DNA of 31,681 nucleotides. Origin: Candidatus Zixiibacteriota bacterium (GTDB taxonomy: Bacteria > Zixibacteria > MSB-5A5 > GN15 > FEB-12). The notes below the pieces were generated by a model, which worked only from the letters and a program-made list of their open reading frames with translations, was not told the origin of the DNA and made no database searches. The stretch spans positions 1 through 31,681 of the forward strand of contig JBGSIV010000030.1 in assembly GCA_041742355.1 (NCBI GenBank), in the 5' to 3' direction. Position 1 is the stretch's first letter; each line of letters opens with the position of its first letter. Positions 1 through 9,369 of this stretch are shown in pieces. The translations under genes and the position numbers were made by a program.

Positions 1-3000
1 GGACCGGCCTTGAACAGGAAGTTCACGAGGAAGGTCAGGTCGCTCACGATGACCTTGTTGTCGTTGTTGACGTCACCCTTCAGGACGCAGCAGCTGGTCT
101 GGTAGCGGTTGGCCCACCACTTCTTGGCCTTGGCCGCAGCGATCGTAAAGTCAGCCGCCGTGCCGTCCTTGATGGTGATGAGAGCCATCCAGATCGTTAC
201 TGTGTCGGTCGCCGCAAAGTTCATGGCGTTGCTGAACGTCATGACGCTGTGCAGGTCGGTGTAGACCGAATCCGGGTGGGTCGACTCGTACTTCGAGAAG
301 CCCGACTTGGTCTCCATCCGGGTGAAGATTTCAGCCGGGATGAAGCCGTCGTCGTTGCCGTAAATCCACGTCGCATTATCGGCCGTGAACGCACCCACCG
401 GAGCCGAGCCGGACAGATCGGTGGCATTCTTCTTCATGTTCAGGAACTTGATGCCGCCGAAGCGACGATCGCTGTCCTGACAGGCCGCGTTGACACCAGT
501 ATCATCCTGGTGGTACTCGCCGCCGTACTGCCAGATCATCTTCTCGGTCGCGTTGAAGTCTGAGCCGTTGTCCGAGCCGGAGTCGGCCGGAACGTCCCAG
601 TCAATCGCTTCGCCGATGGAGATGTCGTTGTGGGCAGCGCCGTCATACGAGTAGATGCGGAGGCGCTTCAGGATAAAGTTGGAGGAGTCACCGGCAGCCG
701 GGGCTTTCGGCGCAAAGATCGTCGTCTGGATCGCCAGCGACGAGTCGCGCGTCAGCTGAATCGACTTGTAGGCTTCCTGGCCAAGGGTGTCGAAGCTCTC
801 GGAGTTCGACAACGGGTAGAAACCGACCGGGGTGGTATAATTGTTCCCCATGGCCGACCAGTTCCCTACGGTATCGGTGCCTTTGAGGTAGGCGATGACC
901 GGCGAGCCGCTGAAGAGGTAGACCTGGGCCAGCGTGTCGCAGTCGCCGCCAGTGGCGACGTAGTCCATGTTGACCCGGTTCAGGCCCTGCTCGCCGATTG
1001 CCCCGCTGTTATTGCCCACGAGGGCGAGCACAGCGGTGTGGACGGTATCAACCTCCGGCGGATACAGGGTATCAGCCACGACGAAGTCGATTTCGAAGGT
1101 ATCAGGCGAGGTGCCGTTGTTGCCGGTGAAGATTAGGCGGCCGGACAGGGTGTAGATACCTGCCGGGTTGCCACCGGCCGGGGTGATCGTGATCGTCCCG
1201 GTCTCGGTGTTGTTCAGACCGAACGGCACGGAGCCGTCGAAGTTGGAGTAGGCCAGCCAGCCAGCCGAGATACCGGCCGGGACCGACGGGTCTTCGATGT
1301 CCGCGACGGTGTAGGTGTAGTTGGCGTTACCAAGGTTTTCAATCACCACATCGCGGTGGTAGGGCCGATTCATTTTGGTCCAGGCCGGGAACGCGATTTC
1401 AACCGGGTTCCGGACGGGGTTCGGGGCGGTGATAGCCGCCGCGCAGGCCAGGCGGAACCAGCGCACATCGGACTGCTGCCAGGTACCTTCGTCATTCACA
1501 ATCGCACCGGCCGAGTGGTCGTTGATGTACTGGACATCAAGGTACCAGCCGTTGTCGCTGCCGCCCGCCGGGACGACGACGTCGGTGACGTTGTCGCCGG
1601 CGCCCAGAGCGACGTCGGTGCCGTAGCGGGACATCGTCGGCCACATATCACTCTCGCACGGGCCACCGGCGCCGTCAACGGAGTCGCAGCCCGGGGTACG
1701 TGAGTTGGTCAGGTTGCGGGCCTGGTCCCAGGTCAGACCGCCGTCTTCGGAGACGGTGACATACAGCTCGCCGTTGGCTGAGCCAACCGGGTAACCAGGG
1801 TTGCCGTCTTCGGCGCAGTCGTTGAAGATGCCGGCCTGGCCGTCGTTAAACTGGGCGAAGAGACAGTAGATGCGCCCATTGCACTCCGAGAGGGACATCT
1901 TGCAGGCGTTGGTTGTCCACGCACCGCCGTTGCACTCCTGCTGGTCCCAGTCGGCGGAATGAGCCGTCCGGATATACGGCTGGTTCTCGGACCAGTGGAA
2001 AATCCGGTTGCGGAAATTGACCGTACCATCGACTTCCCAGAAAGCCGCATTCCACGCGATGTGCAGGTTGCCGGCCTGATCCAGGAGTACCCCCACGTCG
2101 GCATACGGCTTGTAGTGATCTACCCCGTCGTACTGACGGCTGTGGGTCAGGTTCACCCGCGGCTGCCAGGTGGCGCCGTAGTCTTCGGAGATCTGGTAAT
2201 AGACGTCGTTGTTCCACTGCACGGGCGCAAGACCGGTGTTGCACGACGCGGTGTCGGGATCCCCCTCGGAGCAGGGGATGTTTGCTGTCCATACCAGCGC
2301 CACCTTGCCGTTGTCGTTCGCTTCGAGCGTCTGGGAGATATCGAACACCGTATCGACCACTCGCGGCGGATCGTCCCAGGCTGCCGTGGGATCGGAATCA
2401 GCGCCGACTCGACGGAAGTAGTAGATGGCCTGCGGGTCACCGGCGTCTTCCAGCGAGTTCTGCGAAAAGACGTGCAGGACGGTGTCGGCGGGCCCTTCCG
2501 AATAGGCGATCGACGGCCAGATAACTTCCTGATTGGGAAGACCGCCGTAGGCGGATATTGCCCCCGGAACCATGGCTGTGGAGCCGAAGAACGAGGTGCC
2601 TTCGCCGAAGTCCCAGTAGACCCAAGAGTCAATGAGGCCGTCAGCGATGGTGACCGCATGGCAACCGATTACCGCCCGGTTGTCGTTGGTGACGTCCAGC
2701 GCAGCATACCCCGCGCGTTGGTCAATCGGCTGGAGCTTGACCTCGGTACCGAACGCCTGCAGGCTGATATTGTAGTTGTCGTACATGATGCCGCGGGAAA
2801 GCTCCGGATCCCGGCCGACCAGGTGCATCCACGTGAAGTGGGCCAGCGTGTTGGCGCCCGTTCGAGTCTCGTTCATGCGGCCCACGCGACCGTTGTGCTG
2901 GAAATCGTACCAGGTGGTGCCGATCGAGCCGCCGGGAGACGCGCTCGGCGAACTCGTGCCCAATTGCTGGGTCTCGGTGGTTCTTGCCGGGCCCGGTTTG

Positions 3001-3164
3001 ACCGGAGCGTTTTCATCCGTATAGGGGAAGGCGTACTGCATGGCCCGGTACACCCGCGGATCGATTACCCGTCTGGCCGGCGGTTCTTTGGCGGCGAACG
3101 TCAGCGAGGAGCACATCAATAGAAGGATGAACATTCCTGCGCAAAGAAACTTCGCACGTGTCAT
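1..3164 (-). CDS. Large secreted Asp-box/BNR-repeat protein with C-terminal dockerin-like domain (paralog 1; 3' end runs off the window)
   Basis: Missing from the ORF track because no stop is in the window. Read by hand from ATG 3164 (GGAGAGG 9 nt upstream): MTRAKFLCAGMFILLLMCSSLTFA|AKEPPARRVIDPRVY..., Asp-boxes SEDYGATW and SEDGGLTW, ending ...SCCVLKGDVNNDNKVIVSDLTFLVNFLFKAG at the window edge. Colinear with the 3851..7141 protein. Confidence 0.9.
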   Translation of the reverse strand, partial: MTRAKFLCAGMFILLLMCSSLTFAAKEPPARRVIDPRVYRAMQYAFPYTDENAPVKPGPARTTETQQLGTSSPSASPGGSIGTTWYDFQHNGRVGRMNETRTGANTLAHFTWMHLVGRDPELSRGIMYDNYNISLQAFGTEVKLQPIDQRAGYAALDVTNDNRAVIGCHAVTIADGLIDSWVYWDFGEGTSFFGSTAMVPGAISAYGGLPNQEVIWPSIAYSEGPADTVLHVFSQNSLEDAGDPQAIYYFRRVGADSDPTAAWDDPPRVVDTVFDISQTLEANDNGKVALVWTANIPCSEGDPDTASCNTGLAPVQWNNDVYYQISEDYGATWQPRVNLTHSRQYDGVDHYKPYADVGVLLDQAGNLHIAWNAAFWEVDGTVNFRNRIFHWSENQPYIRTAHSADWDQQECNGGAWTTNACKMSLSECNGRIYCLFAQFNDGQAGIFNDCAEDGNPGYPVGSANGELYVTVSEDGGLTWDQARNLTNSRTPGCDSVDGAGGPCESDMWPTMSRYGTDVALGAGDNVTDVVVPAGGSDNGWYLDVQYINDHSAGAIVNDEGTWQQSDVRWFRLACAAAITAPNPVRNPVEIAFPAWTKMNRPYHRDVVIENLGNANYTYTVADIEDPSVPAGISAGWLAYSNFDGSVPFGLNNTETGTITITPAGGNPAGIYTLSGRLIFTGNNGTSPDTFEIDFVVADTLYPPEVDTVHTAVLALVGNNSGAIGEQGLNRVNMDYVATGGDCDTLAQVYLFSGSPVIAYLKGTDTVGNWSAMGNNYTTPVGFYPLSNSESFDTLGQEAYKSIQLTRDSSLAIQTTIFAPKAPAAGDSSNFILKRLRIYSYDGAAHNDISIGEAIDWDVPADSGSDNGSDFNATEKMIWQYGGEYHQDDTGVNAACQDSDRRFGGIKFLNMKKNATDLSGSAPVGAFTADNATWIYGNDDGFIPAEIFTRMETKSGFSKYESTHPDSVYTDLHSVMTFSNAMNFAATDTVTIWMALITIKDGTAADFTIAAAKAKKWWANRYQTSCCVLKGDVNNDNKVIVSDLTFLVNFLFKAG

Positions 3165-3727
3165 TTCAACAATCCTCTCCTTTTGCACCGCGCACAATAC
3201 GCGTTGCGATTGCGACGCACCCATCCCCCGGCGCCACACGCGGCGACGCCGGAGTCATGACTCGGAACAATCTGGCGGTATTGACACTCAAGGAGTCGCA
3301 CTCCGCGGTGTCTCCGGGCGGCGGACCTTCACCGGCATTCGGCTATGCCGATGTTGCAGAAAGGTGAGGGGGAAGACTGACCACCGTCGTTCGTCGGGCA
3401 TGGGATCCGCGACGGCAGCGTTACCGATGCAACATGGTCCTCCTGATTCGTGTTTGGCGGATTACAGCTCGAAGCTGCGCATCATGGTCCTATCACTCTA
3501 TTCTACTTACGGAATTCATGGAACCCGGTCATGGCTGGTTGCGTGGAAAGTTGGTCCGAAGCAGATTTTGCGAGAGCAGGCTCTGCGATACAAAGTAAGC
3601 CTGAAACAATTCAGTCGCGGGGGCGTAACACTCGCCGCACAACAGGCAGATCTCGGATAGAATCTATCCCCTCTGTTCCCATGATCAAGGCTTGCATGAG
3701 AATCCCGATCGACATGGACGGAACCGG

Positions 3728-3761
3728 AAAAGAAAACCGGGCGAGGACTTGCCCCGCCCGG
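3728..3761 (-). terminator. Intrinsic terminator downstream of paralog 2
   Basis: Minus strand CCGGGCGGGG-CAAGT-CCTCGCCCGG (10-bp stem, one G-U) followed by TTTTCTTTT, 90 nt past the stop at 3851. Confidence 0.8.
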
Positions 3762-3850
3762 CATGATACTCCCGTCCGGGAGCAGTACCTGCGCTTACTG
3801 CTAAGCTAGACTAAAATCGAGACTCCTCCGTCACAGGCATCCTATCCCTG

Positions 3851-6800
3851 CTACGGACAGCATTCTGTCGTGCAGTTGGGGTAATACTTGAAAAGGCAAT
3901 TCACCAACCACGTGAGATCCCCAACAGTGATTTTGCCGTCGCAGTTGACGTCGCCATTGCCACCCAAGCATGGAGCGGAGCCACCTTTGAACAGAAAGTT
4001 CACGATGTAGGTCAGATCGCTCACGATCACCTTGTTGTCGCAGTTCACGTCGCCGCGCATCGTGCAGGTCGGTCGCCCGACAATGTGGTTCTCCCACCAT
4101 GTCTTGGCCCTGGCCGCCGCGGTCGCAAAATCGGTCGCGGTGCCGTCGCGAACCGTGATCAGCGCCATCCAGATCGTCACCGTGTCGGTTGCCGCTAAGT
4201 TCATGGCGTTGCTGAACGTCATGACGCTGTGCAGGTCGACATAGGTCGAATCGGGGTGAGTCGACAGGAACTTCGAGTAACCCGTCCTGGTCTCCATCTG
4301 CGTGAAGATCTCGCCCGGGACAAAGCCACGCTCGTTCCCGTAGACCCAGGTGGCGTTGTCTGCCGTGAAGGCATTGTAGGGGGCGGTGCCGGACAGGTCG
4401 GTCGAACCCTTCTTCATCTGGAGGAACTTGATGCCGCCGAACCGACGATCGCTGTTCTGGCACTCAGTCGTGTCATCCTGGTGGTATTCACCGCCGTACT
4501 GCCAGATCATCTTCTGCGTCACATTGAAATCGGAACCGTTCGCCGAGCCGGAATCCGACGGGATGTCCCAGTCGACCGCCTCGCCGATGGTGACATTGCT
4601 GTGCGCAAGAGCGTCCTTCGGGTATACGCGCAGACGTTTGAGGATGAAATTGACCGAATCACCGGTGTTGGTCGTCGGCGCAAAGAGCGTCGTCTGGATC
4701 GCCAGCGACGAGTCGCGCGTCAGCGCCACCGACTTGTACACCTCGCAGCCGACCGAATCATAGCTCTCGGCATTGCTGGAGGGGAAGAAGCCGACCGGGG
4801 AGTAGTAGTCGTTGCCGAAGAGAGAAAAATTGACCACAGTGTCCGAACCCCTGAGGTAGCCGATCACCGGCGACCCGCTGAACAGGTAGACGTCGGCTGT
4901 GGAGTCGCAGTCCTCGTAGGCCAGGTCCTGCGGGTTGGTGTAGTCCATGTTGACCCCGCCCTCGCCTTCTTCACCCACCGCGCCGCTGTTATTCACCACC
5001 AGGGCCAGCGCCGGCGTCTTCACGGTGTCGACTTCGGGCGGGTAGAGCGTATCTGCCACGATGACTGAGATGCGGAAGGTATCGGGCGAATCCGGTGCGT
5101 TGTGGTCGAATATCAGTCGCCCGGTCAACACATAGATCCCGGCCGGGTTACCACCTGTCGGCGTGACCGTGATGTTGCCGGTCTCGGTGTTATTCAATCC
5201 GAAGGGCAGCGTGCCGTCGAAACCGCTGTAGGCCAGCCAGCCCGGGTCAACCCCTGCCGGCGCTGAAGGATCTTCCTGAGCCGTGACCGTGTAGGCCAGG
5301 TCGGCGTTACCGAGATTCTCCATCACCACCTGCCGGCTGTACGCATGACTCATCTTGGTCCACGCCGGGAAACCGATACCGGACGGCTGCCAGTGCGGAA
5401 CCGGTTCGTGGAACGCCTCCACACACGCCAGGCGAAACCAGCGGACATCCGCCTGTTGCCACGTCCCTTCGCCACTCACGATCGCGCCGGCGGAATGGTC
5501 GTTGATGTACTGCACATCGAGGTACCAGCCGTTGTCGGCGCCTCCGCTTGGCACCACCACATCGGTGGCGTTATCCCCCGGCGCCAGCGCCACATCCGTT
5601 CCGTAGCGGGCCATTGTCGGCCAGTTGTCGCTTTCGCATGGACCGCCGGTGCCGTCGGCCGAATCGCACCCCGGGGTGCGTGAGTTGGTCAGGTTGCGGG
5701 CCCTATCCCAGGTCAGACCCCAGTCCTCGGAGACGGTCACGTACAGCTCCCCGTTGGCCGAACCGGCCGGGAAGCCGGGGTTGCCGTCGTCGGCGCAGTC
5801 ATCGTAGATTCCGGCAGCGCCGTCGTTGAACTGCACGAACAGGACATACAGCCGCCCGTTGCACTCCGAGATCGACATCTTCGACGCATTAAGCATCCAG
5901 CTCCCGCCGTTGCAGACCTGCTGATCCCAGTCGGCGGCATGGGCCGTGCGAAGGTAGGGCATGTTTTCGGACCAGTGGAAAATCCGGTTGCGGAGAAGAA
6001 CGTCGCCCGTCTCATTCCAGTAAGCCGCGCCCCAGACCACATGCAGGTACCCCTGCGTGTCGAACAGCAGGCTGATGTCGGCGTACGGCTGGTAGTGCTC
6101 GCCGGTAACGCCGATATTGTGGGTCAGGTTCACCCGCGGCTGCCACGTCGCGCCGTAATCGTTCGAGATCTGGTAGTAGATGTCGTTGTTTACCTGAGCT
6201 GGCGCCACACCGGTGTTGCACGATGCGGTATCCGGGTCGCCGGGAGCGCAGGGGATGTTGGCTACCCACGAAAGGCCGACCTTGCCGTCATCGGTCGCCT
6301 CGATCGACTGGGAGACATCGAACACCGTGTCGACTACCCGCGGGGGATAGTCCCAGGTCGCCGTGACATTGTTGTCCGCGCCCACCCGGCGGAAGTAGTA
6401 GATCGCCTGCGGGTCACCGGCATCGGGCATCGACACCTGCGCGAAGACATGGAGGGCGGTGTCACTCGCGCCCTCGGAATACGCAAACTTCGGCCAGACC
6501 ACCTCCTGGTCGGATTCCTGTTCAGCGTAACCCGTAACGGACTGCGGGATTTCGATGGCCAGCGCGAAGAACGACGCCCCCTCGGCGAAGTCAAAGTAGA
6601 TCGTCGGATCGTAGTGGCCGTCGGATGGCTCCCGGTTGTGAGCGCCGATAACGGCCCGGTTGTCGTTGGTTACGTCGAGATTGACGTACCCGGCATAGTT
6701 GTCGTTCGGCTGGAGCACAACCTCGGTGCCAAAGGCCTCCACCGAGAAGTTGTAGTTGTCGTACTTGACTCCTCGCCCCTCATCAATAACCCGCCCGGGC

Positions 6801-7141
6801 AAAAACATCCATGAGAAGTGGGCCAGCGAGTAGGTGTCGGTTCGGGTCTCATTCATCCGGCCCATAGACCCGTTGTGCTGTTTTTCGTACCAGGTGATTC
6901 CAACCGCGGCCCCCGGCGAGGCGCTCGGGCCGCTTGTGCCCAGCTGCTGCGTTCCCGGTGTCCGGGCTGTTCCGGGCGAGACGTGGTCCGGCTCGGCCGG
7001 GTACGGAAAGGCGTACTGCATCATGCGGTACACTTGCGGGTCAATCACTCTGGCCGGCGGTTCTTTGGCGGCGAACGTCAGTGAGGCGGAAATCAGCAGC
7101 AGGATGGGGAGTCCTGCCCAAAGAAGCTTCGCTCGTCTCAT
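3851..7141 (-). CDS. Large secreted Asp-box/BNR-repeat protein with C-terminal dockerin-like domain (paralog 2)
   Basis: Track ORF 3851..7174. Start reassigned to ATG 7141 (GGAGAGG at 9 nt, same spacing as paralog 1; signal peptide MRRAKLLWAGLPILLLISASLTFA). Asp-boxes SNDYGATW and SEDWGLTW; duplicated GDVNCD..VSDLT / GDVNCDG..VGDLT dockerin repeats. Confidence 0.92.
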   Translation of the reverse strand: MRRAKLLWAGLPILLLISASLTFAAKEPPARVIDPQVYRMMQYAFPYPAEPDHVSPGTARTPGTQQLGTSGPSASPGAAVGITWYEKQHNGSMGRMNETRTDTYSLAHFSWMFLPGRVIDEGRGVKYDNYNFSVEAFGTEVVLQPNDNYAGYVNLDVTNDNRAVIGAHNREPSDGHYDPTIYFDFAEGASFFALAIEIPQSVTGYAEQESDQEVVWPKFAYSEGASDTALHVFAQVSMPDAGDPQAIYYFRRVGADNNVTATWDYPPRVVDTVFDVSQSIEATDDGKVGLSWVANIPCAPGDPDTASCNTGVAPAQVNNDIYYQISNDYGATWQPRVNLTHNIGVTGEHYQPYADISLLFDTQGYLHVVWGAAYWNETGDVLLRNRIFHWSENMPYLRTAHAADWDQQVCNGGSWMLNASKMSISECNGRLYVLFVQFNDGAAGIYDDCADDGNPGFPAGSANGELYVTVSEDWGLTWDRARNLTNSRTPGCDSADGTGGPCESDNWPTMARYGTDVALAPGDNATDVVVPSGGADNGWYLDVQYINDHSAGAIVSGEGTWQQADVRWFRLACVEAFHEPVPHWQPSGIGFPAWTKMSHAYSRQVVMENLGNADLAYTVTAQEDPSAPAGVDPGWLAYSGFDGTLPFGLNNTETGNITVTPTGGNPAGIYVLTGRLIFDHNAPDSPDTFRISVIVADTLYPPEVDTVKTPALALVVNNSGAVGEEGEGGVNMDYTNPQDLAYEDCDSTADVYLFSGSPVIGYLRGSDTVVNFSLFGNDYYSPVGFFPSSNAESYDSVGCEVYKSVALTRDSSLAIQTTLFAPTTNTGDSVNFILKRLRVYPKDALAHSNVTIGEAVDWDIPSDSGSANGSDFNVTQKMIWQYGGEYHQDDTTECQNSDRRFGGIKFLQMKKGSTDLSGTAPYNAFTADNATWVYGNERGFVPGEIFTQMETRTGYSKFLSTHPDSTYVDLHSVMTFSNAMNLAATDTVTIWMALITVRDGTATDFATAAARAKTWWENHIVGRPTCTMRGDVNCDNKVIVSDLTYIVNFLFKGGSAPCLGGNGDVNCDGKITVGDLTWLVNCLFKYYPNCTTECCP

Positions 7142-7430
7142 ACGGTCCATCCTCTCCCTCTGCGGCGCGTACATCGCACGCGGCGCGGTCTACAAATTCC
7201 TACCCCCACCGTCACCATCCAGTGGCAATGGGATGTGCGCTGAGTCGATCGAGCGGCGGAGCCCTCCGCTATCAGTTGCATATGTGAAGTGGAGATCCAA
7301 AAGACACATGTACGCGATCCTTCCGGGACCGCTCCGAAGCGGCGTCTTCACCAGTTGATCATGACCCTCCTCAATGTGATTGGCGGATCACCGGAGGAAG
7401 AGATGGGGAATGTGGCGCTATTCCACCATA

Positions 7431-7459
7431 ATAATACCGACACTGTCACGTCCTGTCAA
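7431..7459 (-). promoter_or_regulatory. Sigma70-type promoter for paralog 2
   Basis: Minus strand TTGACA (7459-7454) - 17 nt - TATTAT (7436-7431); implies a ~280-nt 5' leader. Confidence 0.75.
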
Positions 7460-7570
7460 GCGGTTTTCGACAACGAAGGGCATTGACAGCGGGCTCCGCG
7501 CGCCGTACCTAGAGCATACCGGGATGAACTTACCGTATATGCTGTGGACCCGACAGGAGAAAGGCCGGCC

Positions 7571-8230
7571 ATGCGTTTGCGCGTCGTGCAAAAGGATATC
7601 AGGAAGACCGAGCTCGGCGATTATCTGGCGGACGCCGTTCACGCCGACATCGATGTCGTCTGCTTCGGAGAAGTAGCCGCTACCGGCTGCCTCTATACGC
7701 CCCGGCCGGTCCAGCCGCTCGAGCAAATCATCGCGCCGTGGCGGAATCTCCCGCTGGGCATCATGTTCGGCCTGGCCCGGCCCGTTCGCGAAGGACTGCG
7801 CAATTCGTACCTCTACGTGCAGGGGGAACAGACGCAGGTCTACGACAAGATTCACCTCTTTCCGCCGTTCCACGAGGACCGTGTCTACGTGCCCGGCAGC
7901 GAGCCGGGGTTTTTCGTCACGCCGATGGGTACATTTGGGGTAGCCATCTGTTACGACATCCGCTTCGACGACATCTTCACCCGGTTCGCCGAAGCGAAAG
8001 TCGAGCGGATCGTGATTCCGGCGGCGTTTCCCACCGATCGGATCGACCAGTGGCGGAAATTCCTGGTGCGTCGCGCCGGGGAAACGGGGGCCACGGTCAT
8101 CGGCATCAACGCGGTCGGTTCCGACGGTGTCAACCGGTTCGGCGGCTCCTCGATGGTGGTCGCGCCCGACGGTACGATCACCGCGCAGGCGGACGAGACA
8201 AGCGAAATGGTGCTCGATATCGAGCTGTAG
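7571..8230 (+). CDS. Carbon-nitrogen hydrolase (nitrilase superfamily)
   Basis: Glu-Lys-Cys triad motifs VCFGE, YDKIHLF, AICYDIRF and C-terminal FGGSSMVVAPDG. AGGAGA upstream of ATG 7571. Confidence 0.88.
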   Translation: MRLRVVQKDIRKTELGDYLADAVHADIDVVCFGEVAATGCLYTPRPVQPLEQIIAPWRNLPLGIMFGLARPVREGLRNSYLYVQGEQTQVYDKIHLFPPFHEDRVYVPGSEPGFFVTPMGTFGVAICYDIRFDDIFTRFAEAKVERIVIPAAFPTDRIDQWRKFLVRRAGETGATVIGINAVGSDGVNRFGGSSMVVAPDGTITAQADETSEMVLDIEL

Positions 8231-8231
8231 C

Positions 8232-9317
8232 GTGCAGGGATTGCTCGACAGGACGCCGGAAGAACTCCTCGCGTGGGCCGAAGCCCAGGCCTGGGTGGAT
8301 CCGATGCGGCGTACGCCGCAGAGAAGAGGCGAGGGGGACGTCTGGAGCCAAACGGTCAAGGCGTACACGCGCCTGTTTGAACTCGATCCGTGGCGGCGGC
8401 TCGATGAGACCGCTCAGAAAGTGCTGGCGCTCGCCGTTCTCTTCCACCATGTCGGCCGGCCGACCACAACCGAACAACGCACCGACCGCATCATTGCCCC
8501 CAACCATGCCGCTTATGGCCGGCGCATCACCCGACAGGCGCTGATACGCGAGCCGATCGACTACAGGCACCGGGAGCTGATCGCCTCGCTGGTGCGCTGG
8601 CATCCGGTCCCGGTGACTATCACCAAGCGGGTGCGCCCGCAGGCAACCGTGATCGAAACGAGCTGGCGGACGCGCAACGACCTTTTGCATCTGCTATCGG
8701 TGGCCAACAGCCTCGTGTGCGAACCGGGAGCGCAGCCGGCTCTACTGGAGCGGATCGGGCAATTCCGCGCTCTGTGCCGCCAGATGAACTGCTTCGATCA
8801 GCCCTACCCGTTCGCCAACGATAAAGCGCGGTTCCTGTGGTTTCGCGGGGCGCTGGCGAATCCTGCTGCCCGTCCGCCGGAGGATTACGCCTGCGAGGTG
8901 ACCATGCTCGTGGGATTGCCGGGGGCGGGGAAGGACCACTGGTGCCGGGAACACGCGGCGGCCCTTCCGATGATCAGCCTTGACGGTATCCGCAAGGAAC
9001 TCGGGGTGGGCTGGACCGATGACCAGGGGCGGGTGCTTCGGGTGGCCGAAGATCGCTTCACGGCGTTCCTGAAAGCGGGGGAGTCGTTTGTCTACAACGC
9101 GACCAACATTGATCGCGCGATGCGCCGCAAGTGGGTGCGCCTCGTCCGGCAGCGGGGGGCGCGGATCCGGATGGTGTATATTGAGCCACCGCTGGAGGTG
9201 ATCCGCCGGCAGAACCTCGGGAGGGCGGAGGTGGTCGACGATGCGGTGATCGACCAGTATATCGAGAAACTGGAGGTCCCCGACGCGACCGAGGCGCACG
9301 AGGTGGTGTGGACATGA
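8232..9317 (+). CDS. HD-like domain (degenerate) fused to AAA_33/polynucleotide-kinase-type P-loop domain
   Basis: GTG 1 nt after the nitrilase stop. N-terminal EGDVW..T / LFHHVGRP..T / H pattern of HD domains; Walker A GLPGAGKD, ISLDGIR, YNATN, RIRMVYIEPP, QN..R typical of predicted-kinase domains. Confidence 0.8.
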   Translation: MQGLLDRTPEELLAWAEAQAWVDPMRRTPQRRGEGDVWSQTVKAYTRLFELDPWRRLDETAQKVLALAVLFHHVGRPTTTEQRTDRIIAPNHAAYGRRITRQALIREPIDYRHRELIASLVRWHPVPVTITKRVRPQATVIETSWRTRNDLLHLLSVANSLVCEPGAQPALLERIGQFRALCRQMNCFDQPYPFANDKARFLWFRGALANPAARPPEDYACEVTMLVGLPGAGKDHWCREHAAALPMISLDGIRKELGVGWTDDQGRVLRVAEDRFTAFLKAGESFVYNATNIDRAMRRKWVRLVRQRGARIRMVYIEPPLEVIRRQNLGRAEVVDDAVIDQYIEKLEVPDATEAHEVVWT

Positions 9318-9369
9318 GGGACGGAAGGAGAAGGGGCAGATCCTTTGGAACCTGCCCCCGAGGGAGTTT

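Noticed and set aside
3040..3809. ORFs 3040..3660, 3450..3809 and 3516..3764 in the inter-paralog gap; likewise 18708..19253 across the repeat cluster
   Set aside because: No family motifs, atypical composition, and they overlap leader, terminator or repeat elements.
1..7141. Diversity-generating retroelement (TR/VR) explanation for the paralog similarity
   Set aside because: Both copies are full coding genes, differences are not adenine-specific, and no reverse transcriptase is in the window.
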